DNA of 56,188 bases, counting the filler, from Streblomastix strix (lineage: Eukaryota), in NCBI GenBank assembly GCA_008636045.1. It is 3 parts of 3 records of this genome, joined end to end, with 100 filler letters (N's around TTAATTAATTAA, not from the genome) between each part and the next. Parts side by side here need not be neighbours in the genome. Positions count along the whole stretch, not along the records: positions 1 to 18,663 come from SNRW01000589.1; 2 more parts are not named here. One strand, 5' to 3'. The stretch's first letter is position 1. The number at the start of each line of letters is the position of its first letter. Made by a program: the position numbers and the translations under genes. Positions 1 to 16,229 of the stretch are shown here, piece by piece. The notes under the pieces are model-generated. The model was not told the origin of the DNA, ran no database searches, and saw nothing but the letters and a program-made list of their open reading frames with translations.

Positions 1-324
1 TATGATTAATATAAAACGTTTATAATTTCCTACGATTATTAAATCTTTTTATTATTCTCATCCAATTATTTTTATGCTATTTCTAAAACCTCTTAGGGCT
101 GACAACCATACGTTTAATTTGTATAATGTAGTGGATTATCAACCCAATCTTAATATTTTTTTATATTTCTTCTATACCCCATAATATTAATAATGGTATT
201 TTCATAATGGTCCAATCGAAGCCGAAGGCTAACACTCAATTTTTGATTTTCCATTTATTGAGGAATAAAATTATATGATAGATTAAGAGAAGAAGACCAA
301 GACATCAACGAAGACATTAATATT

Positions 325-700
325 TGAATAATTTGTTTATTTATTTTTTCATATTTCGACTATTTGGCGGATCGACTGGCATTTTTCATAGAATGCATTT
401 GACTCGGAACACTCGGAACACTCGGAACACCAAAAAGTCATTCATTACCTATTCCGTTTATTCGTGCCAATTTCGAAGAATATTAACGTTTTCACGAATA
501 ATTTCATAAGCATTCAATAAATTATTTATTTATTTTTTCATATTTCGACTATTTGGCGGATCGACTGGCATTTTTCATAGAACCCATTTGACTCGGAACA
601 CTCGGAACACTCGGAACACCAAAAAGTCATTCATTACCTATTCCAATTATTCGTGCCAATTACGAAGAATATTAATGGTTTCTTCAATGATTTCACTAAC
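325..700 (-). repeat. Tandem duplication (~190-bp unit) of the Polinton-associated intergenic repeat family A, each unit with (CTCGGAACA)x3
   Basis: Two near-identical units begin at ~325 and ~515 (TATTTTTTCATATTTCGACTATTTGGCGGATCGACTGGC...). The reverse complement aligns with 23195-23345. Confidence 0.85.
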
Positions 701-815
701 GAATTCATAAACAAATATATTTTTTGTTCAAAATTCAACGAATACAGCGTAGCAACTACAATAATTTTAGGTTTCCGTCAATAAAATTCATTAACCAAAT
801 TCATCAACTTCACCA

Positions 816-1850
816 TGTAGTTATGAGAATATGGAGAGTGCCATACGTTCAAAAATCAACATCATTAATCGATTCATTAATCAACTTCATTAATCAATTT
901 AATTAATCAATTTCAATATTTTCAAACAATAACAAAATCACTTATGAATATTCTGGATTACATTATTTATTAATTATTATTTATTTTCATTATTTATTAT
1001 CATTATTTTATATTCATTATTTTATTTAACATTATTTATTTTATTTTTCTATGTGGGGCACTCTCCATATTCTCATAACTACTCTGGATATATCTAATAG
1101 ACAAAGCTATTTTGTTACTATTATTGATGGATATCAAATCAAGTTTTCATTAATGAAATTGAAATAATGGCATCGAGTAGTTAGTCGATTGATGAAACAC
1201 ATTATTTGATGAAATTGATGATTATGTAGAATCAAGTTTTATTAGTGAAATTGAAATAATGTTAAAGAGCACCAACTATGTTGGCGGCTTACAGCTAGTT
1301 AGTCGATGAATGAAATACATTATTTGATGGAATTGATGGTGATGAATAGTTACTGAATTGATTAAAATGATTGTTTTTGGAATTTATGACTAAGATATGA
1401 CCTTAGGGTGATGTATCAGACATATATGAAAAATTGAAGTTTTAATGAGAAATGAACTAGTGCATCGAGTGCGTTGGGTCCGAACTCGCCATTTTATTTT
1501 CCTGCCATATCAGACATTTTGCCATATTATTCATTTTGAATCATAATTTGAATGGATAGTGAATAGAATTAATATAGGTGCTGCCATAGATTACAATTAT
1601 GGTGCTTGCTCATCTTGATTGATTAAAAAAATTAAAAGTATCTTTTCTCTAAAAGATTTCAATATTTTATTTTTAAGATAAATGGCATCAGAAGAATCCA
1701 CATGCATCGAAACAATCTCAAATGAATCCATAAACAATAAAAATATTACATTAGATAAAGGTCCAAAAAGATCATATAATCGTAAGACAACTCCCAATTC
1801 AAAATCCGATGATAAAGCTAAAGAATTAATTGGTCAAATAAGTTAGTGCA
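816..1850 (+). mobile_element. Remnant of a Polinton-like element end (terminal region plus start of the primase-helicase gene)
   Basis: 1090-1490 resembles 44830-45420 (shared GATATGACCTTAG block). 1682-1845 translates to MASEEST...LDKGPKRSYNRK...DDKAKELIGQ, matching LEKGPTRKYNRKSKTNDKAKALIDQ at the N-terminus of the 45991 gene. Confidence 0.65.
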
Positions 1851-2124
1851 GTAATTTTACTAAGTACGGTACTTTAGTAAAGTTATTTAATGGATTATAA
1901 TAAAATGATATTAATTATAATTTCACAAAAATAATTAGATTGTGAAGAAGAAAAGCATGCAATTTAATAGGAAAATATTTCTTAAATTCACCATTTATTA
2001 ATATTCTTAGTTTAAAATATTTATTATATAGAAACAATGATAAGGCGGAGTGTGATAAAAAGAATCTGATGTTTCAAAATGATTTTCACATCTGAAATGA
2101 CAAAGTGAAATGAAGTACAATTAA

Positions 2125-2127
<3 letters not shown>

Positions 2128-2180
<53 letters not shown>
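2128..2180. repeat. (TA)n microsatellite
   Basis: Direct reading of the sequence. Confidence 0.95.
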
Positions 2181-2183
<3 letters not shown>

Positions 2184-2184
2184 C

Positions 2185-3039
2185 TCAATGTGATAAATTA
2201 TCAGATGATCCCATTCCTGTGAGGGATATAATATAATTTTTTATTATTTCTTCCAAAGACTAATCAAATCTTGAATTTGTTTCTTCTCGAATCTTTTCAA
2301 AAACTTAAGGCAAATTCTAAAACAGAAATAAAATGTAAAACAAATAAAATTTAATTAACAAACATCTTTATCCTTTACTTATATTCTATTTTTAAAGCCA
2401 TTAAGTTCTCCTTCCATATTTATTATGAATGAATCAACAATATTTTCATTTAATTCTTATATTTTCTAGATCATCGGTTGCTACATTAAAAACAATAAAT
2501 TAAATATGTTAATGTTGCATTTAATTGTAAATGAATAATCAGAAGCACACGCTACACATGGCATTATCATGCAATAAAATACATTTAATTGTAAGTGAAC
2601 TCACAATTCTCTATGTACTGACAAGACCAACACTCCCACGACCAGAAAGTGAGGGTGCATGTTCAGTTCCAAATTTAAATATTCCTTAATTTCTTCGAAC
2701 CTCTTTGCCAGTAAGAGTATTCTCGAAAACCATACGAACTACATCACGCTCATCTACATTTTTCAAGTAACATTAAAAATTTATACAAAAATATGTGTAA
2801 AAAAAAAGAAAAAATGCAATACTAGTTGGTATTCCTTATTCGATTGTATTTGCAAAGAGCTGCATTACCTCTATAACGACCCAAACTTGCTTTGATTCAA
2901 AATTTTACTCAACCAGTTCCTACTAATCAAAAGGACGAGATTCAAAAATCGTTTGTCCGTTAGCTCTCTCATATATTAAAACTTTCAGTGGGTGAGCGAA
3001 GAAATCGTGGCTAGTAACGCCTTATAATGATTACTCCAT
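2185..3039 (-). CDS. Hypothetical multi-exon protein
   Basis: With TAR=Gln it reads MEQSLQGVTSHDFFAHPLKVLIYERANGQTIFESRPF... and ends ...SLTGMGSSDNLSH-TGA. Exons are separated by AT-rich introns. No family recognised. Confidence 0.6.
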
Positions 3040-3277
3040 TTATTGGATGCCAAATGCACTATACAAATAAGATATGAGAAAGGTTAAAAGGAGAATTTAT
3101 AAAGAAATTATCTTAGCAGATAACTTTTTATTTTGCATAAAAATTTGATAAATTGTTTAGATATAAACTAGAATATTGAATTTGTTTAATTATGTATAAA
3201 AATATAAATCGTGGCGGGTGTATCATATAATTTTATATAAAAAATTGGTAAAATTGTTTCAACGCAATTAAAAATGT

Positions 3278-4552
3278 TCATTTAAGTGTGAAATGTTCGA
3301 GCATTTCCCTCTCAATGTCGCAGAGTTAATCACAAGCAGGAATAATAAGCGAATGAAGTGGTTCACCAAAATCAAGTGCCAACAATTTTTATGCTTCTCC
3401 AACAACAATTTGTTGTGTAGACCAACCAACGCGTGCAAGGCCAACACAGATTGAAGTAGGAGATAATACTTCGTATTGAAAAAAATATTGATTGGATTAA
3501 ATAATAATAAAACAAAGAAAAGTTGTCATTAAACCTCCTTATTTTTTCTCTTCTTCAATTTGGAATAGTTGCTATATAGCTGTATTAATGCTCATATATC
3601 TTGGAGGCTCATAAATTTTTAATCCACTTTAAGCATTAATCAGAAAATTAGAAAAATAATATGGGAATCATTATGAAACAAACCGAACCAAATTCTCTAT
3701 TGATTATTCCTTCACTTTAATATCTAATAGAACAAAAGGACAAAATTATAATAAAAATAAAAGAAAAATTAAATAATAGAATATTGATTATCAACCTAAC
3801 AAGCAAAGTGTGTGCATGCCCACTTGTAGATTAGATTTAATCTTATCATAGAAACTTGATGGACGCCATTTATCTTAACAAGAATAATAAATAAAGAAGA
3901 ATAATAATTAAAAGGTAAATAATAATAATTAATAAAGAGACAATATACAAACCCGTAAAAAAAGGAATACTAACAGTGCGGCCGAAGTTGTAAAGTTACA
4001 ACCCGCAACATCCGACTGCTGTCATAATTCCAGCATTGTGGATACAACTGACTTTAACACCCTTATTAACAGCACGGAGATATAAATCACAATGTGTGGT
4101 AGCACTTGCATGTAGTGAAAATTGGTTAATTAAATAAAAAAATAAAAAAATTTGAGAATTTCATGATAATCTACTCAACAAACCAAAATACATCTCCAAC
4201 TACTAAAAAGCAAATTTCGTCTGTCAATGCCTCATTAATCATTTCATCACAATTCTAAACATTTACATACAATAAAATTATGGAAAAATAAATAATAATT
4301 ATCATACTTATTCAACAAACTCCCTATCTGCAATAAGAATTTCTCTACCATATAGTTCTTCCTGTACATGTAAATATAAAATTGATTTACACCGAAGCAA
4401 GAAAAATGATTACAAACCATCTCAACTCTAGTGCTCTCCAAGACCGATGTATATCCTTCTAAATACACTTTTTTAGAATGTTTTACTATCTCCAACCCAC
4501 GTAACGTGATATCTTTGGCTGATCCTAGCCCAAGCCCAATAAAAAATAGCAT
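3278..4552 (-). CDS. DPH5: Diphthine methyl ester synthase (multi-exon)
   Basis: N-terminus [24 protein letters not shown]...VYLEGYTS. Internal [12 protein letters not shown] and GMHTLCLL. C-terminus [14 protein letters not shown]...[12 protein letters not shown]...[14 protein letters not shown]. Several introns. Confidence 0.95.
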
Positions 4553-4796
4553 CAGTAATACTATAAAAGAGATAAATTAGTAAATTTTAATCAATTTTAA
4601 ACTAAAATAAGTAAAATAATTAAAAATTATAATTTATCAACTTGTGATAGCTACTTAATTAAAAATATTTATTTAAAATGGTTATAAATAATATATTTTA
4701 TTTAAATATTATATTTAAATAATCATTGCCTTTTTTATCCGTATAATAATCTTATATTTTAATTATTTTTATTTTTTAGTTTTTGGAAATATACAA

Positions 4797-6247
4797 ATGA
4801 GTATTTCACCAATGTAAGCTTTATTCATATGCATTATTGCATTTGTTGCTATAATTGCATTATGGTACAACATAGTAGCAAGTCTTCCACAAAATTATAA
4901 AGTAAAACATTCTTTTTTACGAATATTCTGCTAACGCAATCCTAGATCATTCTTCAGACTTATTTAAACTTTCACCTACTTTTTCACACGTGATTTTAAG
5001 GCATCACTTGCTTTTTTAAGAACAAATTATTCTGAAATTGGAATTAATTACATAAACAAAATCAAAATTCTATTTCAATTTGGAAAAACTACATTTAATA
5101 TTCGTGGGTTTCATTCTTAGTCAGAAATGCTTCACGCAGTTGATACAATATTCCACCTTGCTTAATCGAAACTTCATGAACAAATAGTCAATGAAAATGA
5201 TGTATTTTGTATTGTCGAATGCGGTGTTGCCTCTGGTTCTAGTACTGCGAAATTAACCTATGCTTCCAGAATCATGTAAGATTCAATCAACAAGAAAAGA
5301 AAGGATAGATAAAAACTTGAAATCAAATATTTTGCACTTGATAGTTATTGTGGAATTCCTATTAACAGCGAAGTTCACAGATAAATATCATTTGGGGTTG
5401 TAAATGAATGTTAGATAAGTGAGGAACAAGAAAGCAAAATAATAAATGACAAATAATAGAGTCGAGAGAGATCTGTAATTGCACAGCCTCAACCATCACC
5501 TTGGAGATTTAGAGATGCTAATTGTGCTTCAAATGAGAAAGATAAAGAAAGTAAAGAATAAATATAATTACTTCGTAAACCAATTTAATTTTATTAAGGT
5601 AGTTTTCGAGGAAATTTATAATCTGTTAAAAGAGTAGTTGAAAAGTATGGATGTATAGATATATGTACCTTCATTAAAGGATGGTTTGACGATACAATTT
5701 ATCCAAAAGATGCGGATATTGAATAAAATAATAAACGTGAAAAAATAAATAATTAAAAAAAATCAAAAAAGAAACGATAAAGAAACGAAAATGATAAGTC
5801 AGAAAATGAAAATAATAAACTTAATATTGCACATATTGATGTCGCATTAATTGATGTTGATCTTATTAGTTCAGCTCGTACATGTATTAGTAGAATTTAT
5901 CCTCATTTATGTGCAGGGGGAATAATGTTTGAATACATTTCATTATTTTTCCTTTTACTCTCCTATTTAAATAATATTACATTTGTTTACTATAATATTT
6001 TTTATTTTATTTCATACTTATTCATTTCTATTTTTATCTTGACTTTTATAGTTTAAGTTAAGATGGGCATCTTTTAGCACATATTGAACTATTGGAGAAT
6101 AAAGAATTCTTAGATGAACTTGACACTTCTGCGAAAGAGTAATTTAAAACTTCATTTGAAACCCAGGATATAGAAAGAGTATCATTTTATCCAATTGTAG
6201 AAGGATTAAGATAGAGGAAATTTATCGAAATAAGGATGCCAAAGTGA
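4797..6247 (+). CDS. TylF/MycF (macrocin O-methyltransferase)-like class I SAM methyltransferase with N-terminal hydrophobic anchor
   Basis: Motifs IVECGVASGSS, YFALDSYCG, FIKGWFDDT, IDVDLISSARTC..IYPHLCAGGI|ILSQDGH, with one intron at ~5928-6051. N-terminal ALFICIIAFVAIIALWY. Confidence 0.8.
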
Positions 6248-6687
6248 TATTAATTGTGAACTTTGTTTAATAAACAAATTTTCAAACTTAAATGTAAATT
6301 TTGATATTTTTTAAAATTATTATAAAACATCTGAAATAAATATTATTCTTGTGAATTAATAATTTGTTTTTAAAGCATATTGGTGAGTTATTATTATTAA
6401 AAAAATAATTTTTATTAAATATATATATTTTTTATAAAATATAATACGAACCTTAATCATTTTAACCACTTGTATACAAAGAACCGTTACTTTTTGAAAT
6501 TCGCCACATTATTACATGTATAAATTGATTAATACTAAATATTAATTCTTAATTTTATTTTACAAACTCAAATTTATTAAATATGATAATCATTATTGCT
6601 TTGTATTTGATTTATTTTAATTTTCAATTTTACTTCATTTTTCTTGGTTATTAGATTATTATTAATATTGTAAAATTATAGATATCA

Positions 6688-9547
6688 ATGGCAGAAGAAG
6701 AAAAATTTGAAGATTTAGTGTTTGATCCGTTATAGTACGAACAGATGGAGAAGGATTGTGTGGAAACCACAGATGAACTCCGCCAGATTCCAGCTCTCAC
6801 TACGTACTTGGATGAATATGGCAAGCTATTTAAAGCTATGAAAAAGGGCCATGAGAGCGAGATGCGCTTAGTCCAGCGTTGCAAAATCCTTCAAGCGGAT
6901 AGAAAAAGAGCAGTTGTTAAAATATAAGCTGCAATGAATGTTGCAATTGAAGACTCGGGTACAATTGAAACATTCTAGAAAGAGAGAGATACTCTCAAGA
7001 ACACACTAAATGAAGCAAAACGACTATTAATAGAAACCAAGGAAGAGATCGATCGTCTTACATAAGAGATGGAAGACAAAAAGAAACTTTTGAATATTGG
7101 TCCTGAACTTGCAGCGGATTATAAAAGATAATTAGCAGATATGGGATCTAAAAAATAGTAACTTTTGAAAGACAGAGATGAAATAGCCAAGCGTGTTACA
7201 GATTCACGTAAGGAATAGACAGATCTTAATGATAAGAATACAAGACTTCATAATGAGAATAATACTCTATCAGATGAAATTGATGAATTAGAAAGACAAT
7301 ATTAAGAGAAAAGAGCTGAAATGGAAGCAGCAAAGCTAAGAAAGATCAGAGCTGATGAGGAATCAAAGAAATTGAAAAAAGAAATTGATGAACTGAATGA
7401 CAATACGGATAAAGAGAAGAATGAAGGATAATCCATATAATAGAACCTATAAATGCTTTCAGTTAATATAAATTAAATTAATTAAGATATTGATAAGAGA
7501 ACAACAGAAGCAGGTACATTATCAGATTCAAGATAGAAAGCAGAAGAAGATCTTAAGAGAGAAAGAGAAAGAGTATTACATCTAAGAGCTGAGAATGATG
7601 GTATAGTGAAAGAGATTGCTGATCTCCATAAATAGATCATATAGACATAAATAACTGTTGGTGAATAAAGAAGAGGAAGAGATAGAGTTGTTTAATAACT
7701 GCGTTAGACAGAAGCTAAAAGAGCTGAGATGGAGAAGGAGCGTATTGCAAAGAGAGAAGTACTTAGAGAAGCTGAAGAAGCTCATGAGTAACAGGAGCGT
7801 GAGAATAAAGAAGCAAAAGGAACTATTGAGATGTATGAAAAGAAACTATAATTACTATAGAAGAAAGTTGTGTCTAATGCTTAGGAAGTTAAAAGGAAAT
7901 AAGAAATGAAGGAATTGGCTCTGATGGAGAAGAGATTTATGGAAACTCATAAAGCAAATGCAAAATCTGATCTTGAAAAATTGAAGAAAGATATTGAGTA
8001 ATATTTAACTGAGAAAAACAGGTTTTTATGAGATGAATAATTATAATAAATTAATTTCTTATTATATACTTTAAATTTTTACATATTAATCCAGATATGA
8101 TGAAGAATGTCTTAAAGCATAATAAGAACTACAACAAATGCGTAGAACACTCTCATAGAAAGCAGAAATAATCACACAAGCTAATGGAGCAGTTGATGAA
8201 GCTGAATAAAGATTAAGAAGTCAACAAAATATGTTAGAAACAGTTCAGACTGAACGTAATTTAGGATCTCGTAAACTCATTACAGCTTAGGATGCTAATA
8301 CTGAGCTATAACATAGATTCATGGCTCTTGAATAAGAAATATCACAAGTAAAAGAAACTATTAAAACAACTGATAAATAATTATTAGAAGAGAATCTGAG
8401 ATTAGATTAAATGGTTGCAAGTGCAAAAGCTCTTAGAAAGAAGGTTGTTGAATATGAAGCATAATTGGCAGTTGCTGAAGAGACTGTTAATGCTTAGAAA
8501 GATTAGATCAAATAATTAATGTAAATCATATCAACATCAGAGACTTAAGTATTATAATTATTATTATTATTATTAATAATATTCATATATTAATTACGTT
8601 ATTTCTTATTTTAGGTTCATAGAGAAAGAGAGGAATATAAACATGTAATGGGTGAAAGAGCTGTTCTTGATTAATAACTAATTGAAAGAGATCATGAATT
8701 GTCAGGTAAGATATTCAATTTATTATTAATCTATATTTTAATTTCTCCTTACATCTATAAATTAATAAGGTCTTTATGAGCGAATGGTATTATAATAAGC
8801 AACATTAGGTAAAGGAGAGTCTCAATATGCAGATATAACTGATAAGATTGATGAAGCAGTTTAAAGGGTTATTGTACTCAGATAATAATCAGCTGCTCTT
8901 CGTGCAAGAGTTGTACTCATCAAATAATTAGAAAGAGAAGTACTTAGACTTGATGTATGCATTAATAGTATAAATAGATAAGAGTATTAATTATATTAAT
9001 ATTAATATTATATTTCAGAGTGATGTAACAAATGAAAGATTGAAGATTAGGGGAATGGAAGATGAATTTGTTGCACCAATTAATGCACATAGATGGAGAA
9101 TGCTTGAGTCAATAGATCCAGATTGTTTAGAGATATTGAGTAAGATTCATGCATTATAAAAGAAATTAATTGTAGTAACTGACGAATTAACTGAAAAGAA
9201 TTAATTAATATAAGAGAAAGAAAGACTTGGAATATAATTGAGTGAACTTATTCATAAATAATCTGGACCAGAGCTTGAGAAAGAAATTGAAAGAATGAAA
9301 TCTCAATTAAAGGAGAAAGAAGGAAGTGTAAAGGTATATTTAACTATAATATATATATATATATTATTTGCTTTTTATTATTTATTTTGATTTCAATATA
9401 CAAATATAGACTATTAACACAGAGTTACGAATAGCTCGTGAAGAAGGAGCAGGATATGAAGAGCAGATTGATCGTTTGAGGGAGGAATTATATATGTTAA
9501 AGGAAAGTTATTTGGAGAGCATGAAACAAGCTACAGGTCTCAGGTGA
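6688..9547 (+). CDS. CFAP58: Cilia- and flagella-associated protein 58 (CCDC147)-like coiled-coil protein
   Basis: EYGKLFKAMKKGHESEMRLVQRC, LETVQTERNLGSRKLITAQD, ERAVLDQQLIERDHELS..LYE..QQATLGKGESQY and PINAHRWRMLESIDP match CFAP58 blocks. About 5 introns; ends with TGA. Confidence 0.85.
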
Positions 9548-9675
9548 CAGTTTAATATATAACATCTCACAAATGTTAGATCACTTCATATTACATCACC
9601 CATTTTATTAAGTTTTAAACTATGAAATATAAATGAATTAAAATAATTAATAATCATAAATAACTCACATATTAA

Positions 9676-12600
9676 TCATTTTTTTTTCTTTGGTACACTC
9701 CTTGATGAGTGTGGAGAAAAAGATTTTACAGGAAGTTATTTACCAACTGAAGATTTTTTAGGTTTCCTTAATGGACTGCTGATAGAACTACTTCCAGAAC
9801 TACTAGATGCGAAACCTGTACTTGTTGTATCTCCAGTTAATGAACTAGAATTATCTCTTATAGGACTGCTCCTACTTATACCAACAGTTGCAGTTGGACT
9901 TCTTCCTCTTGATGATCTCTACAAACTTGAAAAACGAGATCCTTTCTTACTCTTTTTCTAACTTGATCTTCTTCGTCTTCTCTTTCTAACCAATAAGTGA
10001 TGAAGTTCAAGTGCATATTCTGCCGCCTCTTACAATTACATTGATTATTAAGCAACCTGTTTCTCAAGTTGTTCACGCTCTGATCCAAGAAGAGGCCTTC
10101 CTTCCTGAATAACATTATCAATAATAATAATAAACATTTGAGATTAATTTGGGTTTGTTCAATATATAATATTATATTCAACCTCCTTACTCATAAATAT
10201 CTTGTGTTTAGCAGATACAGATACAGCTTCTGATCTATGCATTAAACCAATATTTCTTCTCACAGCTTGAGTTAATCTCATTTAAAGTTATTCACTTACT
10301 GAAGGATATCTAATTTGATTAATGATACAAATATGAATAAATAAATATATAAATAAATAAAATATTTTCAAACAATCTTGTGTCTCCAATTGAAAGTAAT
10401 ATGGGCCTCTCCCACCATTTATTAAGAAGAGTTATTTCATCATCAGTTAAAATGACATCTGCCTCAACATTTAGGATTTTACTTCCAGATTCTAAAGGAA
10501 TCATTTATTCAACATTTTCACTTTAACTGTCTCTCATTGGAATTTTATCTTAATTTAAATTTCCTTTATTAGAATCAGGGAAATCTCTGCTTAATTCCTG
10601 ATTTATATTAGTTACATCTTATAATGAAGGAACAGGAGGTGAAATATCTGAATTCTAAGGTTTAGATGATTTCATAACAATGGCATCTTATTACATAGCT
10701 CTGGTATGTAATAACAACAATGAATCTGAATTATTACCTCCAGAATCTGCCCTTGTTTGTAATATTGGATTTAATGGCCCAATTAAAAACTATTCAAGTC
10801 TTTCAGCGAATTCATTATTTAAAGCAGGGTTTCCATGAAGGGCAAGAGCTGTTAGTGTAGAACCAGAACAAATCTTTCTTGAATATATTGATCTAATTTA
10901 TAGTGTGGTAATAATACTATTTGCTACATGAAGTGGTATATTTGTATAAGAGAGATCAAGAGCTACTAAAGTTACATTAGTTCTTAACATTGAACAGATG
11001 CATTTCTTTACTGATTCTTCATCTGCTAATAAATATTATGTTCCTTAGATTGTTTATTCTTTTAAACTATCAGCTAATGATATATTCTGTGTACTCAAAA
11101 CTGTTTCATTAAAAGGAGATGAAAATGTATTTGATGATCTTCTACTGAATATTGGACAATAAGAAAGTGAAAGCATAGTAATTGGAGGATTAAGAGAAAG
11201 AGCATAAAATAATAAAGAAGCAGATCTTGCATCTATTCCTGATCCTGAAAGATCCAGTGATGTTATATGAAATCCAATTGATTGTGAAATAGCAGCATTT
11301 GGTCTTAAAGGAATACTTCCTATTCCACGTTATTATATTCCACTAATTGATGTACTTGATGTTGATAATGTTGATTGAGCTCTTATTTTAGATTATGAAT
11401 TGGAAGGAGTTGCTGATATTGATCTTTTAACTTAAGATATTGATGATACTTATGTTGGAGATTTTGATATTGATTTCTTTGAAGGTGATATTCGAGATTT
11501 GGTAAGACTTATTTTCTTTGCTTTTTATGCTTTCATAACTTTTCTAGCCATAACTGCTTTCATCTCTTTCTATAATCTTTTTTCTAACTTCTTAATTGCA
11601 GAAGAAACATTATTAGATTCTAATTTAATAGAAATAACGCTCTAATTATCATTTAAATCTATTTTCTTATCATTACTCTTAGTTTTCTTAGATCTTATTG
11701 ATGGTCCTTTTTTAATTGAACCTTATTTCTAACTTCCTTTATTTGTACTAATGGAAGATGAATTTGAAGAAGGCCTTGATTTAGAGGATACATCTGAACT
11801 TGGTCTTGATTATTATCTTATATTTGGAGACATCGATGTTTTTGTTGACTTTTTATTTAAAGATGCTTATGAACTCTTAATTCCTCTTCTTATTGGATTT
11901 CCTTTGACTTATTTTTTTGTTATACTTTATCCTTTAATTGTCTTAGATTATTAAGTTGTTCATTTCTTGGATGATGAATTCATAGCCTACTTTAAGAATT
12001 AACTCTTATCTTTGTCTATTTCTTCAAATAAATGTAAGAATTAAAGCAAATGAGGAGTTTCAATAGATGATCCAACCCATCCAAAGTTCATTACACCTCC
12101 AATCTATTTCAAACAAGTGAATAGTTTATTCATTGCAGATGAAGATCCAGATAATCTGAGTGCTTTAATTCCTGTGTTGAATGGAAGTGCTATTGATAGT
12201 GCATTTACCCATGCTGATAATGTTGATAGAGTTTTATTCATTGATAGATCAAGACTATATATTATTGGTCTTTTAGTTATAGATTCGCTTAATTAAATAA
12301 CTGTATTCTCACCTATCATATTACCTGATAAATTAATAATATGAATTGATTGATTATATTCAAATGCTTATGCTATAGAAACTCCTTCCTGATCTGTTAA
12401 ATTACAGAAACTCAAATCTAATTCTGTTAATGAATGTGAGTTGGCTATAATCTGCCTTATTGAGTTTTAAACATATCTATCTGAAAACAAGCCTTTTTAA
12501 CTTCCACTGAGGCACAATCGAGTTAAATGAGGATATAGCGATAAACTAAATATTGCTGATGCAATAAGTGGTGGATGCTGATCCTAAATAAAATATAGAA

Positions 12601-12757
12601 GATTTTTAATAAAAATATAGTAAGAAAAACAAACGCTTGATAGTGTTGCCAATTCAATTTAAGTGCGATGGAGTTTTAGTGCATCTACAAAAGGCGTATA
12701 CATTGAGACACCTGAATCTTTACATCTAAGAAAATAGCAAATATCTGTGACAGTCAT
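9676..12757 (-). CDS. RNI-like leucine-rich-repeat protein with long Ser/Lys-rich linker
   Basis: LTRLCLSG, LTELDLSFCNL, IHIINLSGNMIG, IYSLDLSMN, ITSLDLSGSGI and LVALDLSYTNI repeats in a long frame open under TAR=Gln. About 3 introns. Confidence 0.75.
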
Positions 12758-12788
12758 TTGTTCTCTATTTAATTAAAAACTATAAATA

Positions 12789-13318
12789 GAAAAACGCGAT
12801 ATTACAGTTTCTATTTTCAAAATTTCAAATCAAAATAATGTAGTTGTATAAGTTTAAATATGAATAAATAAGTATGAATATTACCAATATTGTAAATTAA
12901 TATAGAAATTAATATGTATTAATATAGTTAAGATGCTACAACAACGAGAATTGTGTATTTTTCATAAATTTAATCTATTTGTTTTAAAGTTAGAATTTAA
13001 TATTGTGTTTAAATAAAATTTACAGTAAATATGGAGAATTTGCCATAATTTTAGGTATATTCAAAAAATAAACATATGGTGAACAAAAATACAGCACTTT
13101 TTAAATTTCAAGTTTAAAATGTCTTTTGAATCAATTTCTTTTAATGAAACATCAATACTTTTTCCTCAATAATATTTTAAGAGTCATATTCATAGTCAAG
13201 AAATTTGAAGATTTGAAAATACAACGATAAATGAAAATTCAATCTTGTGATCGCTCATAACAATCTGTAATATTCCTTAGTTTTACTTATTAGAAAATAT
13301 ATACAATAAAAATTTAAT
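12789..13318 (+). repeat. ~520-bp dispersed direct repeat, copy 1 (immediately 5' of the LRR gene)
   Basis: CGATATTACAGTTTCTATTTT...AAAAATACAGCACTTTTTAAATTTCA...GAAATTTGAAGATT is collinear with 15648-16177. Confidence 0.85.
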
Positions 13319-13419
13319 AGATTAATAAGTTTAAAATATGTTGCAAAGGTAAATTTTTGATTTGTTATTCATTATTGGATAATGATGAACATTAAGAAAA
13401 TTCAATGAAATGGATACAA

Positions 13420-15557
<2,138 letters not shown>

Positions 15558-15647
15558 TATCAAGTTTTCACTATGGCTATAATATAAAAATGAAAAAATT
15601 AGTTAACATATTAAATCTGTATCATGTAGATTAGTAAATAACAAAAA

Positions 15648-16177
15648 GAAAAACTCGATATTACAGTTTCTATTTTTTAAAATTTTAGAAATAGAATTAT
15701 GTAGTTGTGTAAGTTTAAATATGAATAATTAAGTAAGAATATTATTAATATTATAAATTAACATAAAAATAAATATGTTTAAATATAATTAGTATGTTGC
15801 AACAACGGAAATTATGAATTTTTTCATAAATTTGAGCTATTTGTTAAAAATTTAGAATTTAATATTGTATTTACATCAATTTTACAATAAATATTGAGAA
15901 ACAGTTAGTATTTTATGTATAATCAAAAAAGAAACAAAGGATGAGCAAAAATACAGCACTTTTTAAATTTCAGGTTAAAATTGACTTATGAGCTAATATT
16001 ATTTAATGAAACAATTATTTTTCTTCAATAATATTTTTAATATTTGCATTCTTGATCACGAAATTTGAAGATTCAAAAACACAAAGATAAATGAAATTTT
16101 AAACTTTTGGTTATTAACAATAATCCATAATATTTCATAGCTTTACTTATTGGAAGATATATACAACAAAAATTTAA
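15648..16177 (+). repeat. ~520-bp dispersed direct repeat, copy 2 (immediately 5' of NUF2)
   Basis: Collinear with 12789-13318, with scattered substitutions. Confidence 0.85.
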
Positions 16178-16229
16178 CCAAAAAATTGAATAATAATCTA
16201 TCAATGAGAAATTATGAACAAAATTATCC

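Noticed and set aside
325..700. CRISPR-like array from the CTCGGAACA iterations
   Set aside because: The 9-mers are directly tandem without unique spacers, there are no cas genes, and the context is eukaryotic.
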